Below are positions 1 through 11,233 of a DNA stretch of 64,000 nt, piece after piece. This stretch comes from an uncultured Candidatus Saccharibacteria bacterium (GTDB lineage Bacteria > Patescibacteriota > UBA1384 > CAILIB01 > JAUSJZ01), in contig CAYQWZ010000001.1 of assembly GCA_964421635.1 (NCBI GenBank), positions 7,267 to 71,266 on the forward strand. The letters are read 5' to 3'. The stretch's first letter is position 1. Every line of letters starts with the position of its first letter. The notes beneath the pieces are model-generated. The model saw nothing but the letters and a program-made list of their open reading frames with translations. It did not search any database and was not told the origin of the DNA. The position numbers and the translations under genes were made by a program.

Positions 1-1
1 T

Positions 2-1567
2 AATGACAAAACATCTGTAGATATCAAGATAGATGAGAAAAGAGCTGTTACGAGGCCACCGGTAGTTACAATTATGGGGCACATAGATCACGGTAAAACG
101 ACTCTTTTAGATAACATTCGCAGCACCAAAGTTGCTGAGAAGGAAGCAGGCGGCATTACACAGGCAATAAGTTCATATCAGGTTGTAACAGACTATGAAG
201 GAGAAAAAAGACAAATAACATTTGTCGATACTCCAGGCCATTCAGCTTTTGAAGCAATGAGAAAACACGGTGTTAATATTACCGATTTAGTAGTGCTTGT
301 TGTAGCTGCCAATGACAGTGTTCAACCACAGACTATTGAGGCTATTAAGCATGCCAGAAAACATAGTGTTCCTATATTGGTAGCAATAAATAAAATTGAT
401 CTACCAGATGCAAATATCGAAAAAGTAAAAAGAGATCTAGCAGATAATGATTTAGTTGGTGAAGAATGGGGTGGAAAAACTGTAACAGTTGAGATATCTG
501 CTAAGAAAGGAACTGGCATTAAGGAGCTACTTGAGAATATCCTTTTGTTAACAGATGTGATGGACTTAAAGTCTGAAGTTGATGTTGATGCTTCAGGTGT
601 TGTAATTGAATCACATATGGAAGCAGGGCTTGGGCCAGTAGCGGTTGTATTAATTCAAAACGGTACATTGAAATTAGCTGATCCTATAGTCATTGGCGAA
701 TCATACGGAAAAGTTAGATTAATAGAGAATCATTTGTTAAAGAAACTCCGCTCAGCTGGGCCATCAACTCCAGTTAGAATATCTGGAATATCAATGGTGC
801 CACAATTTGGCGAGAGAATGTTGAAAGTAGAGAATGAAAAGGAAGGTAAAGAGATTGCTCGAAAGAATTCTGTTTTGAATTCGTCTGAGGTACTAAGTAA
901 AAAATCCGAAGAATTATCAAAAAGTTCTAAAAAGGTTGGAGACACAAATGAACTGAATATCTTTTTGAAAGCAGACACCCGTGGTTCTCTAGATGCTCTA
1001 AAAAGTATGGCTGAGAATTTATCGAATGAAAGTGTGAAGATAAACATTTTGAAAGAAGCGGTAGGACAAGTATCAGAAGATGATGTTAAACAATCGGCTT
1101 CGTCTGGCGCAATAATTTTGATCTTTAATCTAAAGACTAGCTCAGTTATTAAGAAGCTATCAGATGAAATGGGAGTGTCTATTCAATCCTTTAATGTTAT
1201 ATATGAAGTAGAAAAGCTGTTAGCAAAAACAGTTGAAGATTTAATGCCAGAGATTGAGATAGAGGAAGTGATTGGAAAGCTAAAAATTTTAAAAAGATTT
1301 CGAGATAATAAGAAGAATATTGTCATTGGTGGTGAAGTCACAAAGGGTAAACTAGCGGTTGGTCAAGAAATAAAAATTATAGAAAAAGAGAAGGATATTA
1401 CAAAAGGAAAAATACTTGAATTAAGAGTTGGACAACAGAAAGTGGATAATGTTGAAGTTAAAAAAGAGTGTGGACTAGAGCTCTCAATTGAAGATAAATC
1501 TACAGAGGTTGAGGAAGGAATGAATGTAGTCGCCACAAAGGTTGCAAAAGTCAAAATGACAATCTAG
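2..1567 (+). CDS. infB: Translation initiation factor IF-2 (5' end outside window)
   Basis: Frame is open from nt 2 (..RPPVVTIMGHIDHGKTT); DTPGH and NKID GTPase motifs; IF-2 C-terminal domains. Confidence 0.97.
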   Translation, partial: NDKTSVDIKIDEKRAVTRPPVVTIMGHIDHGKTTLLDNIRSTKVAEKEAGGITQAISSYQVVTDYEGEKRQITFVDTPGHSAFEAMRKHGVNITDLVVLVVAANDSVQPQTIEAIKHARKHSVPILVAINKIDLPDANIEKVKRDLADNDLVGEEWGGKTVTVEISAKKGTGIKELLENILLLTDVMDLKSEVDVDASGVVIESHMEAGLGPVAVVLIQNGTLKLADPIVIGESYGKVRLIENHLLKKLRSAGPSTPVRISGISMVPQFGERMLKVENEKEGKEIARKNSVLNSSEVLSKKSEELSKSSKKVGDTNELNIFLKADTRGSLDALKSMAENLSNESVKINILKEAVGQVSEDDVKQSASSGAIILIFNLKTSSVIKKLSDEMGVSIQSFNVIYEVEKLLAKTVEDLMPEIEIEEVIGKLKILKRFRDNKKNIVIGGEVTKGKLAVGQEIKIIEKEKDITKGKILELRVGQQKVDNVEVKKECGLELSIEDKSTEVEEGMNVVATKVAKVKMTI

Positions 1568-1569
1568 TT

Positions 1570-1578
1570 TGTGGATAA
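1570..1578 (-). promoter_or_regulatory. Perfect DnaA box (TTATCCACA on minus strand)
   Basis: TGTGGATAA in the intergenic gap just upstream of a -35 box; single copy only. Confidence 0.4.
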
Positions 1579-1583
1579 ATAAC

Positions 1584-1612
1584 TTGACTTAAATTATAGT
1601 ATGAGGTACTAT
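1584..1612 (+). promoter_or_regulatory. Sigma70-type promoter for M23 peptidase-obg
   Basis: TTGACT-17 nt-TACTAT. Confidence 0.7.
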
Positions 1613-1627
1613 TCTTAGGTCTAGGAT

Positions 1628-2683
1628 ATGTATTCCAACAATGAAGAAGAGCCTCCGTTAATCAATAAAGTTCTTCTACCAATTCGAAAATTTATTAGCC
1701 AAAAAGGCGAAAATCGTTGGGCAGCTTTTGAAGCTGTTTTTTATATATCCAAAAAGAGCTCAGAATTAATATATGTATTACCAATAGCCCTGGTTGCTAT
1801 GACTGTCTTATATAATGTCAATAACTCAAAATCATATGCGCAATCTCTGTCAGATTATGTAATTTTAGACCCAAAGACGAAAATTAACTCAATGCACGCA
1901 ATTGATCGTTTTAGCCCCTTTATTGAAGAAGCTGAGGATGCAGAGCCAATTGTCACAGCCGATATTACTCCAGAAGAGTTAGTGTTGACAAAACCAAACA
2001 TTATTAGAACTGATATTAGGCCTGAACCGCAAGAAGAAACTAGAACAAAAGTTGTGGTACATGAAGTTAAGGAAGGTGAAACTCTATCACAAATTGCCAG
2101 TAGCTATTCAGTAAGAGTAGCCTCAATTGAAGTAGAAAATAAAGAAATAAAAAATATTCATAGTCTAGCAATTGGAGACACTATTAAAATTCCACCGGAA
2201 GACTATTCGCAGGACTACATTGATCTGAAGCTTAATAAAAATAAAACTGTAGTTGCTACTACAAGTAGAACTGTTGTTACAAGAGATGTATCAGACGAAA
2301 GATATACAGATAATGGTCAACCAGCGTTTGCCAGGCCAGCTGGAGTTTTAGGTAGTAATGGTTACCATAGCTGGGCTGTAGATATACCGCCGTCTGGTGG
2401 CACTGCTATTTATGCATCCGCTGCCGGAGTGGTAACAGAGGTATCTACGGGTTGGAATGGAGGATACGGAACAAAAATCGTTATAGATCATGGTTCTGGT
2501 TGGAAAACACTTTATGCTCATTTGTCGTCTGTAAATGTATCGGCTGGACAAAGTGTTGCGGCTGGTTCAGTAATAGCAACTATGGGAGCTACGGGAAGGT
2601 GTTATCCAAAAGGTGCAGTTCATCTTCATTTTGAAATACAGAAAAACGGGTCTAAACTTAATCCTCTCAACTACTTAAAATAA
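1628..2683 (+). CDS. LysM + M23 family peptidoglycan metallo-endopeptidase, membrane anchored
   Basis: N-terminal hydrophobic segment, LysM (HEVKEGETLSQIA), M23 motifs H..AVD, YAHL, HLH. Confidence 0.88.
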   Translation: MYSNNEEEPPLINKVLLPIRKFISQKGENRWAAFEAVFYISKKSSELIYVLPIALVAMTVLYNVNNSKSYAQSLSDYVILDPKTKINSMHAIDRFSPFIEEAEDAEPIVTADITPEELVLTKPNIIRTDIRPEPQEETRTKVVVHEVKEGETLSQIASSYSVRVASIEVENKEIKNIHSLAIGDTIKIPPEDYSQDYIDLKLNKNKTVVATTSRTVVTRDVSDERYTDNGQPAFARPAGVLGSNGYHSWAVDIPPSGGTAIYASAAGVVTEVSTGWNGGYGTKIVIDHGSGWKTLYAHLSSVNVSAGQSVAAGSVIATMGATGRCYPKGAVHLHFEIQKNGSKLNPLNYLK

Positions 2684-3666
2684 TGAACTTTGTTGATCGG
2701 GTAAATATTGAAATGGAGTCTGGCTCTGGTGGAGACGGTATGATTCATTTTTTGTCAGAAAAGTATAAGTCAAAGGGTGGCCCAGATGGAGGTGATGGGG
2801 GAAAGGGGGGAGATATAGTAGTCAAGGGCGATGAAAGTTTTCAAACCCTATCGCATCTAATTGGAAAGCAAAAAATAAAAGCGGAAGATGGAGAAAATGG
2901 GGGAACTAATAAAAAAAGTGGAAAAGCAGGTGAGGATACTATTATTAGGTTGCCCCTAGGAACGGAAGTTATTAATAGTAAGGATGAGGTAGTCTATGAT
3001 GTCAAAGATGAAAATGAATTCAAACTAATCAGAGGTGGCAGCGGTGGAAGAGGAAATTTTAACTTTGCATCCTCTACTCATCAGGTACCAAAGGTTGCTG
3101 AAAGGGGGCGTCATGGTAGAATCCTTAAGTTTAGACTAAATCTTAAATTATTAGCAGATATCGGTTTAGTGGGTTATCCAAATGTGGGAAAATCGTCCTT
3201 AATTAAGGTGCTGACTGGTTCAAAAGCTAAGGTCGCTAATTATCCTTTTACTACAAAAAACCCTAATTTAGGTATTTTGCGAGCCTACGACGAAGAATTC
3301 ATTATAGCTGATGTACCGGGGTTAATTGAGGGAGCTCATAAGGGTAAAGGATTAGGAGATAAATTTTTAGGTCATATTGAGCGAACACGAGTATTAATAA
3401 TGTGTTTAAGTGCAGAGTCAAAAGATTTAGCTGATGATTTAGACAAGTTGAATGTTGAACTTTATGAATATGATGTAAAATTATCTAAAAAACCGCAAAT
3501 AATTGTAGTTAGTAAAGCTGATTTATTAGACAAAGAGAGTGAAAATATTATTAAAGAGGAGTTAAAGCTGAAGAAGAATATTATATTTGTTTCATCTGTA
3601 ACAAAGAAGGGATTAGATAAACTAAAGCAAGCAGTCAAAAAAACATTTGACAAGTTTAAATCATAG
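2683..3666 (+). CDS. obgE: GTPase ObgE/CgtA (no C-terminal OCT domain)
   Basis: Gly-rich Obg fold GGPDGGDGG, GYPNVGKS, YPFTT, DVPG. Confidence 0.96.
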   Translation: MNFVDRVNIEMESGSGGDGMIHFLSEKYKSKGGPDGGDGGKGGDIVVKGDESFQTLSHLIGKQKIKAEDGENGGTNKKSGKAGEDTIIRLPLGTEVINSKDEVVYDVKDENEFKLIRGGSGGRGNFNFASSTHQVPKVAERGRHGRILKFRLNLKLLADIGLVGYPNVGKSSLIKVLTGSKAKVANYPFTTKNPNLGILRAYDEEFIIADVPGLIEGAHKGKGLGDKFLGHIERTRVLIMCLSAESKDLADDLDKLNVELYEYDVKLSKKPQIIVVSKADLLDKESENIIKEELKLKKNIIFVSSVTKKGLDKLKQAVKKTFDKFKS

Positions 3667-3675
3667 TTGTAATAT
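3647..3675 (+). promoter_or_regulatory. Sigma70-type promoter for rpoBC
   Basis: TTGACA (inside obg 3' end)-17 nt-TAATAT. Confidence 0.7.
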
Positions 3676-3719
3676 AAAAAAGTATTATTAGGGTGGATAA
3701 AATAGAAGTTACTTAATTT

Positions 3720-3755
3720 AGCTGTAGAAACAGCTCTTTTTAAGGGCTGATTTTT
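3720..3755 (+). promoter_or_regulatory. rpoB leader with two overlapping alternative hairpins, attenuator-like
   Basis: AGCTGT-AGAA-ACAGCT versus CAGCTCTT-TTT-AAGGGCTG followed by ATTTTT. Confidence 0.45.
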
Positions 3756-3761
3756 GGTGTT

Positions 3762-6700
3762 ATGAACACAACAAGACGAATAATAGGTAAAACCACGGAG
3801 TCATCTTTGGAATTACCAAATCTAATAAAGGTACAAACTGATTCTTATGATTGGTTTTTAAAAGAGGGAATAAGAGATTTACTTAATGAGATCTCACCTA
3901 TTGAAGACATCACTGGCCGAAACTTGATTTTGACCTTCGATGATTTCAATTTTGAACAGCCAAAGGCAACTGCTGAAGAAGCACGCGATAAGAACTTAAC
4001 TTTTAAGGCTGGTTTGAAAGTCAGAGCAGTTTTGACAAATAAGGTTAGCGGGGAGGTTATAGAAAATGATGTCTATTTAGGAGAATTCCCAATGATGACA
4101 AAATACGGAACCTTTATTGTTAACGGAATTGAAAGAGTGGTGGTAAACCAAATTGTGCGCTCATACGGCGTACTCTTTGTTAAAGACTACAACAAAGGTA
4201 GAGATCTTTTTGGAGCAAAATTAATTCCATCTCGTGGTGCTTGGCTAGAGTTTGAAACCAGTTATAAAAATGTTATCTCGGTTAAGGTTGATAGAAAAAG
4301 AAGAATTCCTGTTACTACTTTTTTGCGAAGTTTAGGTTACAGCAAGACTGAAGAGATTAAAAAACTATTTAAAGATGTCGATAATCATCCTGAAAACAAA
4401 TATATAGAAACTACTTTAGAGAAAGACCCAGCTGAGAATCAAGAAGATGGTAGCGTAGAGGTCTATAAAAGAATTAGACCGGGTGATTTAGCTACTCCTG
4501 AAAACGCCAAAACCTTTATAGATGATATGTTCTTCCAGCTAAAACGCTACGACCTAGGAAAGGTTGGCCGCTACAAGTTTAATAAGAGACTTCAACAAGA
4601 TGTCGTAATAGATCAAAGTACTCGAATATTACGCAAAGAAGATATTGTTGAAATTGTTAAAGAAATTATTAGATTAAATAATACTCCTGGTTCTCAATCT
4701 GACGATATGGATAATCTTAGCAATCGACGAGTAAGAAGCGTTGGTGAATTAGTACAAGGAAGAGTTCGGGTTGGACTAATGCGAATGGAAAGAATTGCTC
4801 GAGATCGCATGTCTGTTTCAGATCTTGATACAGTTACCCCAGCTCAATTAATCAATGCTCGCCCAGTAGTCGCGGCTTTACAAGAATTTTTCGCTTCATC
4901 TCAGCTTTCACAATTTATGAATCAGACTAATCCTTTAGCCGAACTAGAGCACAAACGCTGTGTTACAGCTACCGGTGCCGGAGGATTATCTCGCGAAAGA
5001 GCCGGCTTTGATGTTCGTGATGTTCACTCATCTCACTATGGTCGTCTATGTCCAATTGAATCACCTGAAGGTCCGAACGTTGGTTTGGTGCAGTATTTAG
5101 CTTCTTACGCTCGCATTAATGAGTACGGATTCATAGAGACTCCATATAGAGTAGTCGAAAAGAAAGGTGGAAAATCAAGAGTAACAGATGAAATTGTTTA
5201 TCTTGATGCTAGTGAAGAACACAACCTAGTTATTGCCCCAGCTTCAGTAATTATTGACGACAAAGGATTTTTAACAGAAGAAAGATCTGCTGTTAGAAAG
5301 TATGGTGATAATGTAATTGATAAAATTGAAAATGTTACTCATGTTGATGTTTCACCAATACAAACCTTTTCAATTTCTACTAACTTAATTCCTGGCCTTG
5401 GAAACGATGAAGCAGCCAGAGCTATGATGGGAGCAAACATGCAACGACAGGCTGTTCCTTGTGTTATTCCAGACTCTCCAGTAGTTGGCACCGGTATGGA
5501 AGAAGAAGCTGCTATTGATTCAGGTGCATTAGTAATTGCCCAAGAATCAGGAACAGTTACTACCTCATCTGCTAGCCAAATTATTGTGAAAGGCAGAAAA
5601 CTAATCAAGTATCCTTTAATTAAATTCCTACGCTCGAACCAGGGTACTGTTATTAATCAAAGACCAGTGCAAAAGGTTGGCGACAAGGTAAAGAAGGGAC
5701 AAGTGCTAGCAGATTCATCGGCTACATCTAATGGTGAATTAGCACTAGGTCAAAATGTAATGGTCGCCTATATGTCTTGGGGTGGCTATAACTATGAAGA
5801 CGCAGTTATAATTTCTGACAAACTAGTAAAGTTAGATAAGTATTCATCCATTCATATTGAAGAGTATTCAATAGAAGTTAGAGATACTAAACTTGGTCCT
5901 GAGGTTCTGACTCGTGATATCCCTAATGTTTCTGAAGAAGCTTTGGCAAATTTAGACGACGAGGGTGTGGTTTTGAAAGGAGCTGAAGTTAATTCAGGAG
6001 ATATTTTAGTAGGTAAAATTACTCCTAAAGGCGAAACAGAACTTACTGCTGAAGAGAAGCTTTTACGAGCAATTTTTGGAGAGAAAGCGAAAGAAGTTCG
6101 CGATTCCTCGCTACGACTACCACATGGTCAAAAAGGAAGAGTGATTGGTGTTAAGAGATTTTCTAAAGACGCTGGTGATGAGCTTAATGCTGGAGTTCAT
6201 GAGGTAATAGAAATCACAGTTGCTCATTTAAGAAAGGTATCTGCTGGAGATAAACTTGCTGGACGACACGGTAATAAAGGAGTTATTTCAATTGTTGTTC
6301 CGCAAGAAGATATGCCTTTCCTACCCGATGGCACATCAATCGATCTTATAATGAATCCTTTAGGTGTAATATCTAGAATGAATCTAGGTCAAATTATGGA
6401 GACAACCCTTGGTTGGGCAGCTCACCAAAAGGGAGAAAAGATCGCAATCCCAGTATTCTCTGAATTTGATTCAACTACTTTAGAAGAAGAGCTTGGTAAT
6501 GTAGGATTACCAACAGACGGTAAGTCTGTTTTGTATGATGGAAAGACGGGTGAAAAATACGACCAAAAAGTTTTGGTAGGAATCAACTATGTAATGAAGC
6601 TGGTCCATATGGTTGATGATAAAATGCATGCTCGTTCAGTCGGGCCTTACTCAATGATTACTCAACAACCTCTTGGTGGTAAAGCACAATTTGGCGGACA

Positions 6701-7079
6701 GAGATTTGGAGAAATGGAAGTTTGGGCTCTAGAGGCGTACGGTGCGGCTCACACATTACAAGAAATGCTTACTATAAAATCTGATGACACTTACGGTCGT
6801 TCACGAGCCTACGAGTCTATCATTAAAGGTGAAAAGATTGAAAAACCAAGTGTCCCTGAATCCTTTAATGTTCTAGTTAGAGAATTAAGAGGATTAGCCC
6901 TAAATGTAGATTTGGTTGGCCAAGGAGATGTGGCCGATGAGGCAGAAAAATCTAGAAAGTTGCAGCAACAGGATTTAAAAAAGAGAGAGAAGAAAAGTGA
7001 TGATGTAACTACTACAGAGATTGCTAGCAATCAAGAAGTAATAGAAGAGCAAGAACCAATAGATTCTAAGGAAGAATAA
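3762..7079 (+). CDS. rpoB: RNA polymerase beta subunit
   Basis: SQLSQFM, GDKLAGRHGNKG, GGQRFGEMEVWALEAYGAA. Confidence 0.99.
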   Translation: MNTTRRIIGKTTESSLELPNLIKVQTDSYDWFLKEGIRDLLNEISPIEDITGRNLILTFDDFNFEQPKATAEEARDKNLTFKAGLKVRAVLTNKVSGEVIENDVYLGEFPMMTKYGTFIVNGIERVVVNQIVRSYGVLFVKDYNKGRDLFGAKLIPSRGAWLEFETSYKNVISVKVDRKRRIPVTTFLRSLGYSKTEEIKKLFKDVDNHPENKYIETTLEKDPAENQEDGSVEVYKRIRPGDLATPENAKTFIDDMFFQLKRYDLGKVGRYKFNKRLQQDVVIDQSTRILRKEDIVEIVKEIIRLNNTPGSQSDDMDNLSNRRVRSVGELVQGRVRVGLMRMERIARDRMSVSDLDTVTPAQLINARPVVAALQEFFASSQLSQFMNQTNPLAELEHKRCVTATGAGGLSRERAGFDVRDVHSSHYGRLCPIESPEGPNVGLVQYLASYARINEYGFIETPYRVVEKKGGKSRVTDEIVYLDASEEHNLVIAPASVIIDDKGFLTEERSAVRKYGDNVIDKIENVTHVDVSPIQTFSISTNLIPGLGNDEAARAMMGANMQRQAVPCVIPDSPVVGTGMEEEAAIDSGALVIAQESGTVTTSSASQIIVKGRKLIKYPLIKFLRSNQGTVINQRPVQKVGDKVKKGQVLADSSATSNGELALGQNVMVAYMSWGGYNYEDAVIISDKLVKLDKYSSIHIEEYSIEVRDTKLGPEVLTRDIPNVSEEALANLDDEGVVLKGAEVNSGDILVGKITPKGETELTAEEKLLRAIFGEKAKEVRDSSLRLPHGQKGRVIGVKRFSKDAGDELNAGVHEVIEITVAHLRKVSAGDKLAGRHGNKGVISIVVPQEDMPFLPDGTSIDLIMNPLGVISRMNLGQIMETTLGWAAHQKGEKIAIPVFSEFDSTTLEEELGNVGLPTDGKSVLYDGKTGEKYDQKVLVGINYVMKLVHMVDDKMHARSVGPYSMITQQPLGGKAQFGGQRFGEMEVWALEAYGAAHTLQEMLTIKSDDTYGRSRAYESIIKGEKIEKPSVPESFNVLVRELRGLALNVDLVGQGDVADEAEKSRKLQQQDLKKREKKSDDVTTTEIASNQEVIEEQEPIDSKEE

Positions 7080-7080
7080 T

Positions 7081-10000
7081 ATGGCATATCAAAAAGAAAG
7101 AGATAATACGACAAACTTTAGCGCTGTTAAGTTAGCAGTAGCCAGTCCTGAAGAAATCTTACAATGGTCTTTTGGTGAAGTTTTAAAGCCTGAAACCATT
7201 AATTACCGTACTCAAAAACCTGAAAGAGATGGACTATTCTGTGAACGCATTTTTGGTCCTATTAAGGATTATGAATGTAGCTGTGGTAAATACAGAAAAG
7301 TTCGTTATCGTGGAGTTATCTGTGATAAGTGTGGAGTAGAAGTAACTAAATCTTCTGTCAGACGAGAGCGAATGGGTCATATTGATTTAGCAGCACCGGT
7401 TGCTCATGTTTGGTATATCCAAGGTGTTCCAAGTACGCTGGGCACAATATTGGGTATTTCTGTCAACGAACTTGAAAAGGTTATTTATTTTGCAGCCTTT
7501 ATAATTATGGGCGTTGACGAGGAAGTTAAGAAACAAGCAGTAGATAATTTAGAGAGAGAATATCAGGAGTTCAAAGATGCCGTACTTGGTAAAAGAAAGA
7601 AAGATGATGCATCTGATGAATTACTTAAAAAGCTAGACGAAATTGAGACTCAGTACAGAACTGAAAAAAGTTTGTTAGAGAGCCTAGATAAAACAAGAAT
7701 TATTTCGGAACAAAGATATCACGAACTGTCATTAAAATATGGACAGATTGTTGATGTGGGAATTGGAACAGAAGCTATATTAAAGCTGCTTAAGAATGTA
7801 GATATAGACAAAGAGATGAAAGATCTTGAAGATGTTATAGCAAATGCTGCACCAGTAGCTAAGAAGAAACTAATGAAGAGAATGAAGCTCTTCACAGATT
7901 TGAAAAGGGCAGGTATCAAACCTCACTGGATGGTTCTAGACAGACTGCCTGTAATACCACCAGATTTAAGACCAATGGTTCAGCTTGACGGTGGAAGATT
8001 TGCTGCGTCAGACCTAAACGATCTTTATCGTCGTGTACTTAACCGAAATAACAGATTAAAGAAACTCCTTAATCAAGGAGCTCCTGAGGTTATTACTAGA
8101 AACGAAAAACGCATGTTACAGGAAGCTGTCGATGCTTTAATTGACAATAATGCACGACGCGGAAAAGTTGCTGCCTCAACAAATGGAAAAAGACGGTTGA
8201 AGTCACTATCAGATATGTTACGCGGAAAGCAAGGACGATTTCGACAAAACCTACTAGGAAAACGAGTCGACTATTCTGGAAGATCAGTAATTGTTATTGG
8301 TCCCTACTTAAAGTTGCATGAATGTGGAATTCCAAAGGGTATGGCTTTAGAATTATTCAAACCAATGGTTATTAGCCGACTAATAAATGATGGTCACGCT
8401 CATAATGTAAAACAGGCCACAAGATTAATTGAGCTTTCTGAAAAATTAGTTTGGGATATTTTAGAAGGTATCACCAATGACCATCATGTCTTGCTAAACC
8501 GCGCACCAACTCTTCATCGCTTAGGTATTCAGGCCTTTAAGCCAGTTTTGGTAGAAGGAAAAGCTATTAAGGTTCATCCTAGCGTATGTCAAGCTTTTAA
8601 TGCTGACTTTGACGGAGACCAGATGGCTGTTCATGTACCTTTATCTGAACAAGCCCAAAAAGAAGCGGCTGAAATTATGTTATCCTCAAAAAACCTATTA
8701 AAGCCAGCGTCTGGTGACCCAATTTCAGGGCCAAGACTAGATATGACCCTAGGTGCTTATTATATGACTGGTATTAGCAAAAAAGCAAAGGGGGAAGGCA
8801 AGTGCTTCTCTAATTACAAAGAAGCAATTAGAGCATTTGAAGATGGTCATATAAGATTGCGTGCCCTAATTAAAGTACGCATAAATCAAAAAGGCGAGAC
8901 CAAATTAATAAAAACAACTGTTGGTAGAATAATTTTTAATCAAAGCATTCCAAAGGAATTGCGTTTTATAAACAAAGAGCTAGACAAGAAAGAGCTAAAT
9001 AGCTTTTTTACAAAGGCATTCAACAAGCTAGGGACAGATAAAACTGCAAAGCTAATTGATTCAATAAAAGATGTTGGTTTTAAGTTTGCTGAATTTTCAG
9101 GTATAACTTTCTCTATTTCAGATATCAATGACCCAGAGAATAGAGAAGAGATTTTAGAGAAAACAGAAGAGAAGATATCAGTTGTTGAGGGTCAGTTTAG
9201 AAGAGGTTTAATTACAGAAAATGAAAGATATCTTAAAACGGTTGAGCTGTGGTTTGAAGCACAATCAGAAATTGAGAAAAATCTCAATAAGAGCCTAGAT
9301 AATGATAATCCTGTAGTACAGATCTTTAAATCTGGAGCTAGAGGTTCTATGTCACAGATGCAACAAATTGCTGGTATGAAAGGATTAGTTGCTAACCCTG
9401 CTGGTAAGATTATTGAAATTCCAATTAAGCATAACTTTAAAAATGGCTTAACTGTCTTTGAATACTTTGTATCAACTCATGGCGCTAGAAAAGGACGAGC
9501 AGATACAGCCCTGAGAACATCTGATGCAGGATACTTAACTAGAAGATTAGTCGATGTTTCACAAGATGTAGTTATCGCTGAGACTGATTGTAAAACTAAA
9601 GAAGGAATTTATCTTTACGAAGAAGACTTTATCGAGCTTGGCGAATCCTTCGCTTCAGCTGTCACAGGTCGCCTCTTGTATCAAAATATTGGTGAGTTTA
9701 AGGTTGGAACAAAGATTACAGTAGACAATGTTGATCAAATTTTAAGTTTAGCTAAAGGTAAGGTACCTGTCAGAAGTCCACTTCGTTGTAACAGTACTTG
9801 GGGTATTTGCCAGAAATGTTATGGTGATGATCTTGCTTTAGGTACAGATGTTCGAATGGGAGAAGCAGTAGGAGTAATTGCAGCTCAAGCTATTGGTGAG
9901 CCGGGCACGCAGCTTACTATGAGAACCTTCCATACTGGTGGTGTAGCTTCATCTAGTGGAGATATTACTACTGGTTTACCACGTGTTGAAGAGTTATTTG

Positions 10001-10812
10001 AGGCGCGTACTCCAAAAGGTGTAGCTGCTATGGCAGAGATGTCTGGCCGTGTGAGTATCGAATTAGTCAATGAAGGAAAGAAAATTACAATCGCATCAAA
10101 AGCAGAAGCATCTGAGATTGTAAAAGTTACAAAAGGATTCGAATGGAATATCATGAGTGGAGACAAGATTAGAAGTGATCAAATTATAGCTAAGGGCGAT
10201 AAAGGAAAAGTAATTAGAGCGCCTTTTGGTGGAGTAATCACGATAAAGAGCAGAAACGGTAAGATAGATGGCATGAAGACGGTTGTTCAGGAGGATACCG
10301 TTGATGCTAATTTACAAGTATTAGTCAATGATGGGGATAATGTTGTAGCGGGAGATGCTCTGACTGAAGGCCATCTAGATTTAAAAAAACTACTAGAGTA
10401 TAAAGATAGAGAGAAGGTTGAAAATTATATTGTTAATGAAATTCAAAAGATTTATACAGCCCAAGGTCAACCAATTAACAACAAACACATCGAGATTTTA
10501 ATTCGCAAGATGCTTTCTAAAGGTCAAATTATTGACCCTGGAACATCAAAGTATATTGAAGGTGAGTTGATAGATACACTTGAGCAACTCGATGAAATTA
10601 AGAAACACAAAATTAAATACGAAGATATTTTACTAGGAATATCCAGAGTATCACTTAATACTTCAAGCTTTTTGTCGGCTGCATCCTTCCAAGAAACTAC
10701 TAATGTTTTGATGAAAGCAGCTATTAAAGGACAGAGAGATGACTTGAAGGGGTTGAAAGAAAACGTAATTATTGGTAAGTTAATTCCTGCTGGTACAGGA
10801 TTTAAATCATAA
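7081..10812 (+). CDS. rpoC: RNA polymerase beta' subunit
   Basis: NADFDGD active site, Zn finger, QLTMRTFH trigger loop. Confidence 0.99.
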   Translation: MAYQKERDNTTNFSAVKLAVASPEEILQWSFGEVLKPETINYRTQKPERDGLFCERIFGPIKDYECSCGKYRKVRYRGVICDKCGVEVTKSSVRRERMGHIDLAAPVAHVWYIQGVPSTLGTILGISVNELEKVIYFAAFIIMGVDEEVKKQAVDNLEREYQEFKDAVLGKRKKDDASDELLKKLDEIETQYRTEKSLLESLDKTRIISEQRYHELSLKYGQIVDVGIGTEAILKLLKNVDIDKEMKDLEDVIANAAPVAKKKLMKRMKLFTDLKRAGIKPHWMVLDRLPVIPPDLRPMVQLDGGRFAASDLNDLYRRVLNRNNRLKKLLNQGAPEVITRNEKRMLQEAVDALIDNNARRGKVAASTNGKRRLKSLSDMLRGKQGRFRQNLLGKRVDYSGRSVIVIGPYLKLHECGIPKGMALELFKPMVISRLINDGHAHNVKQATRLIELSEKLVWDILEGITNDHHVLLNRAPTLHRLGIQAFKPVLVEGKAIKVHPSVCQAFNADFDGDQMAVHVPLSEQAQKEAAEIMLSSKNLLKPASGDPISGPRLDMTLGAYYMTGISKKAKGEGKCFSNYKEAIRAFEDGHIRLRALIKVRINQKGETKLIKTTVGRIIFNQSIPKELRFINKELDKKELNSFFTKAFNKLGTDKTAKLIDSIKDVGFKFAEFSGITFSISDINDPENREEILEKTEEKISVVEGQFRRGLITENERYLKTVELWFEAQSEIEKNLNKSLDNDNPVVQIFKSGARGSMSQMQQIAGMKGLVANPAGKIIEIPIKHNFKNGLTVFEYFVSTHGARKGRADTALRTSDAGYLTRRLVDVSQDVVIAETDCKTKEGIYLYEEDFIELGESFASAVTGRLLYQNIGEFKVGTKITVDNVDQILSLAKGKVPVRSPLRCNSTWGICQKCYGDDLALGTDVRMGEAVGVIAAQAIGEPGTQLTMRTFHTGGVASSSGDITTGLPRVEELFEARTPKGVAAMAEMSGRVSIELVNEGKKITIASKAEASEIVKVTKGFEWNIMSGDKIRSDQIIAKGDKGKVIRAPFGGVITIKSRNGKIDGMKTVVQEDTVDANLQVLVNDGDNVVAGDALTEGHLDLKKLLEYKDREKVENYIVNEIQKIYTAQGQPINNKHIEILIRKMLSKGQIIDPGTSKYIEGELIDTLEQLDEIKKHKIKYEDILLGISRVSLNTSSFLSAASFQETTNVLMKAAIKGQRDDLKGLKENVIIGKLIPAGTGFKS

Positions 10813-10817
10813 CTATT

Positions 10818-11231
10818 ATGCCTACAGTTAATCAATTAATTAAGAATCCTCGAAAATCACCTGCTAATAAATTAAAGGTGCCTGCTTTGAAAACAACTTT
10901 TAATTCATTTAAAAGAAAGTCAATAAATAATAAGGCTCCCCAAAAGCGTGGAGTATGTTTAAAGGTTTATACCACGACACCTAAAAAACCAAACTCAGCT
11001 TTACGAAAAGTGGCTCGTGTAAGATTGTCAAATGGACAAGAAGTAACTGCCTATATTGGCGGTGAGGGTCATAATTTACAGGAGCACTCCGTTGTTTTGG
11101 TTAGAGGTGGTCGTGTAAAAGATTTACCTGGAGTTAGATATCATATTGTACGAGGTAAGTTCGACGCTTCAGGTGTCGAAGACAGACGTCAAGGAAGAAG
11201 TGCTTATGGTACTAAGAAACCTAAGAAATAA
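10818..11231 (+). CDS. rpsL: 30S ribosomal protein uS12
   Basis: [22 protein letters not shown]. Confidence 0.99.
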   Translation: MPTVNQLIKNPRKSPANKLKVPALKTTFNSFKRKSINNKAPQKRGVCLKVYTTTPKKPNSALRKVARVRLSNGQEVTAYIGGEGHNLQEHSVVLVRGGRVKDLPGVRYHIVRGKFDASGVEDRRQGRSAYGTKKPKK

Positions 11232-11233
11232 TC

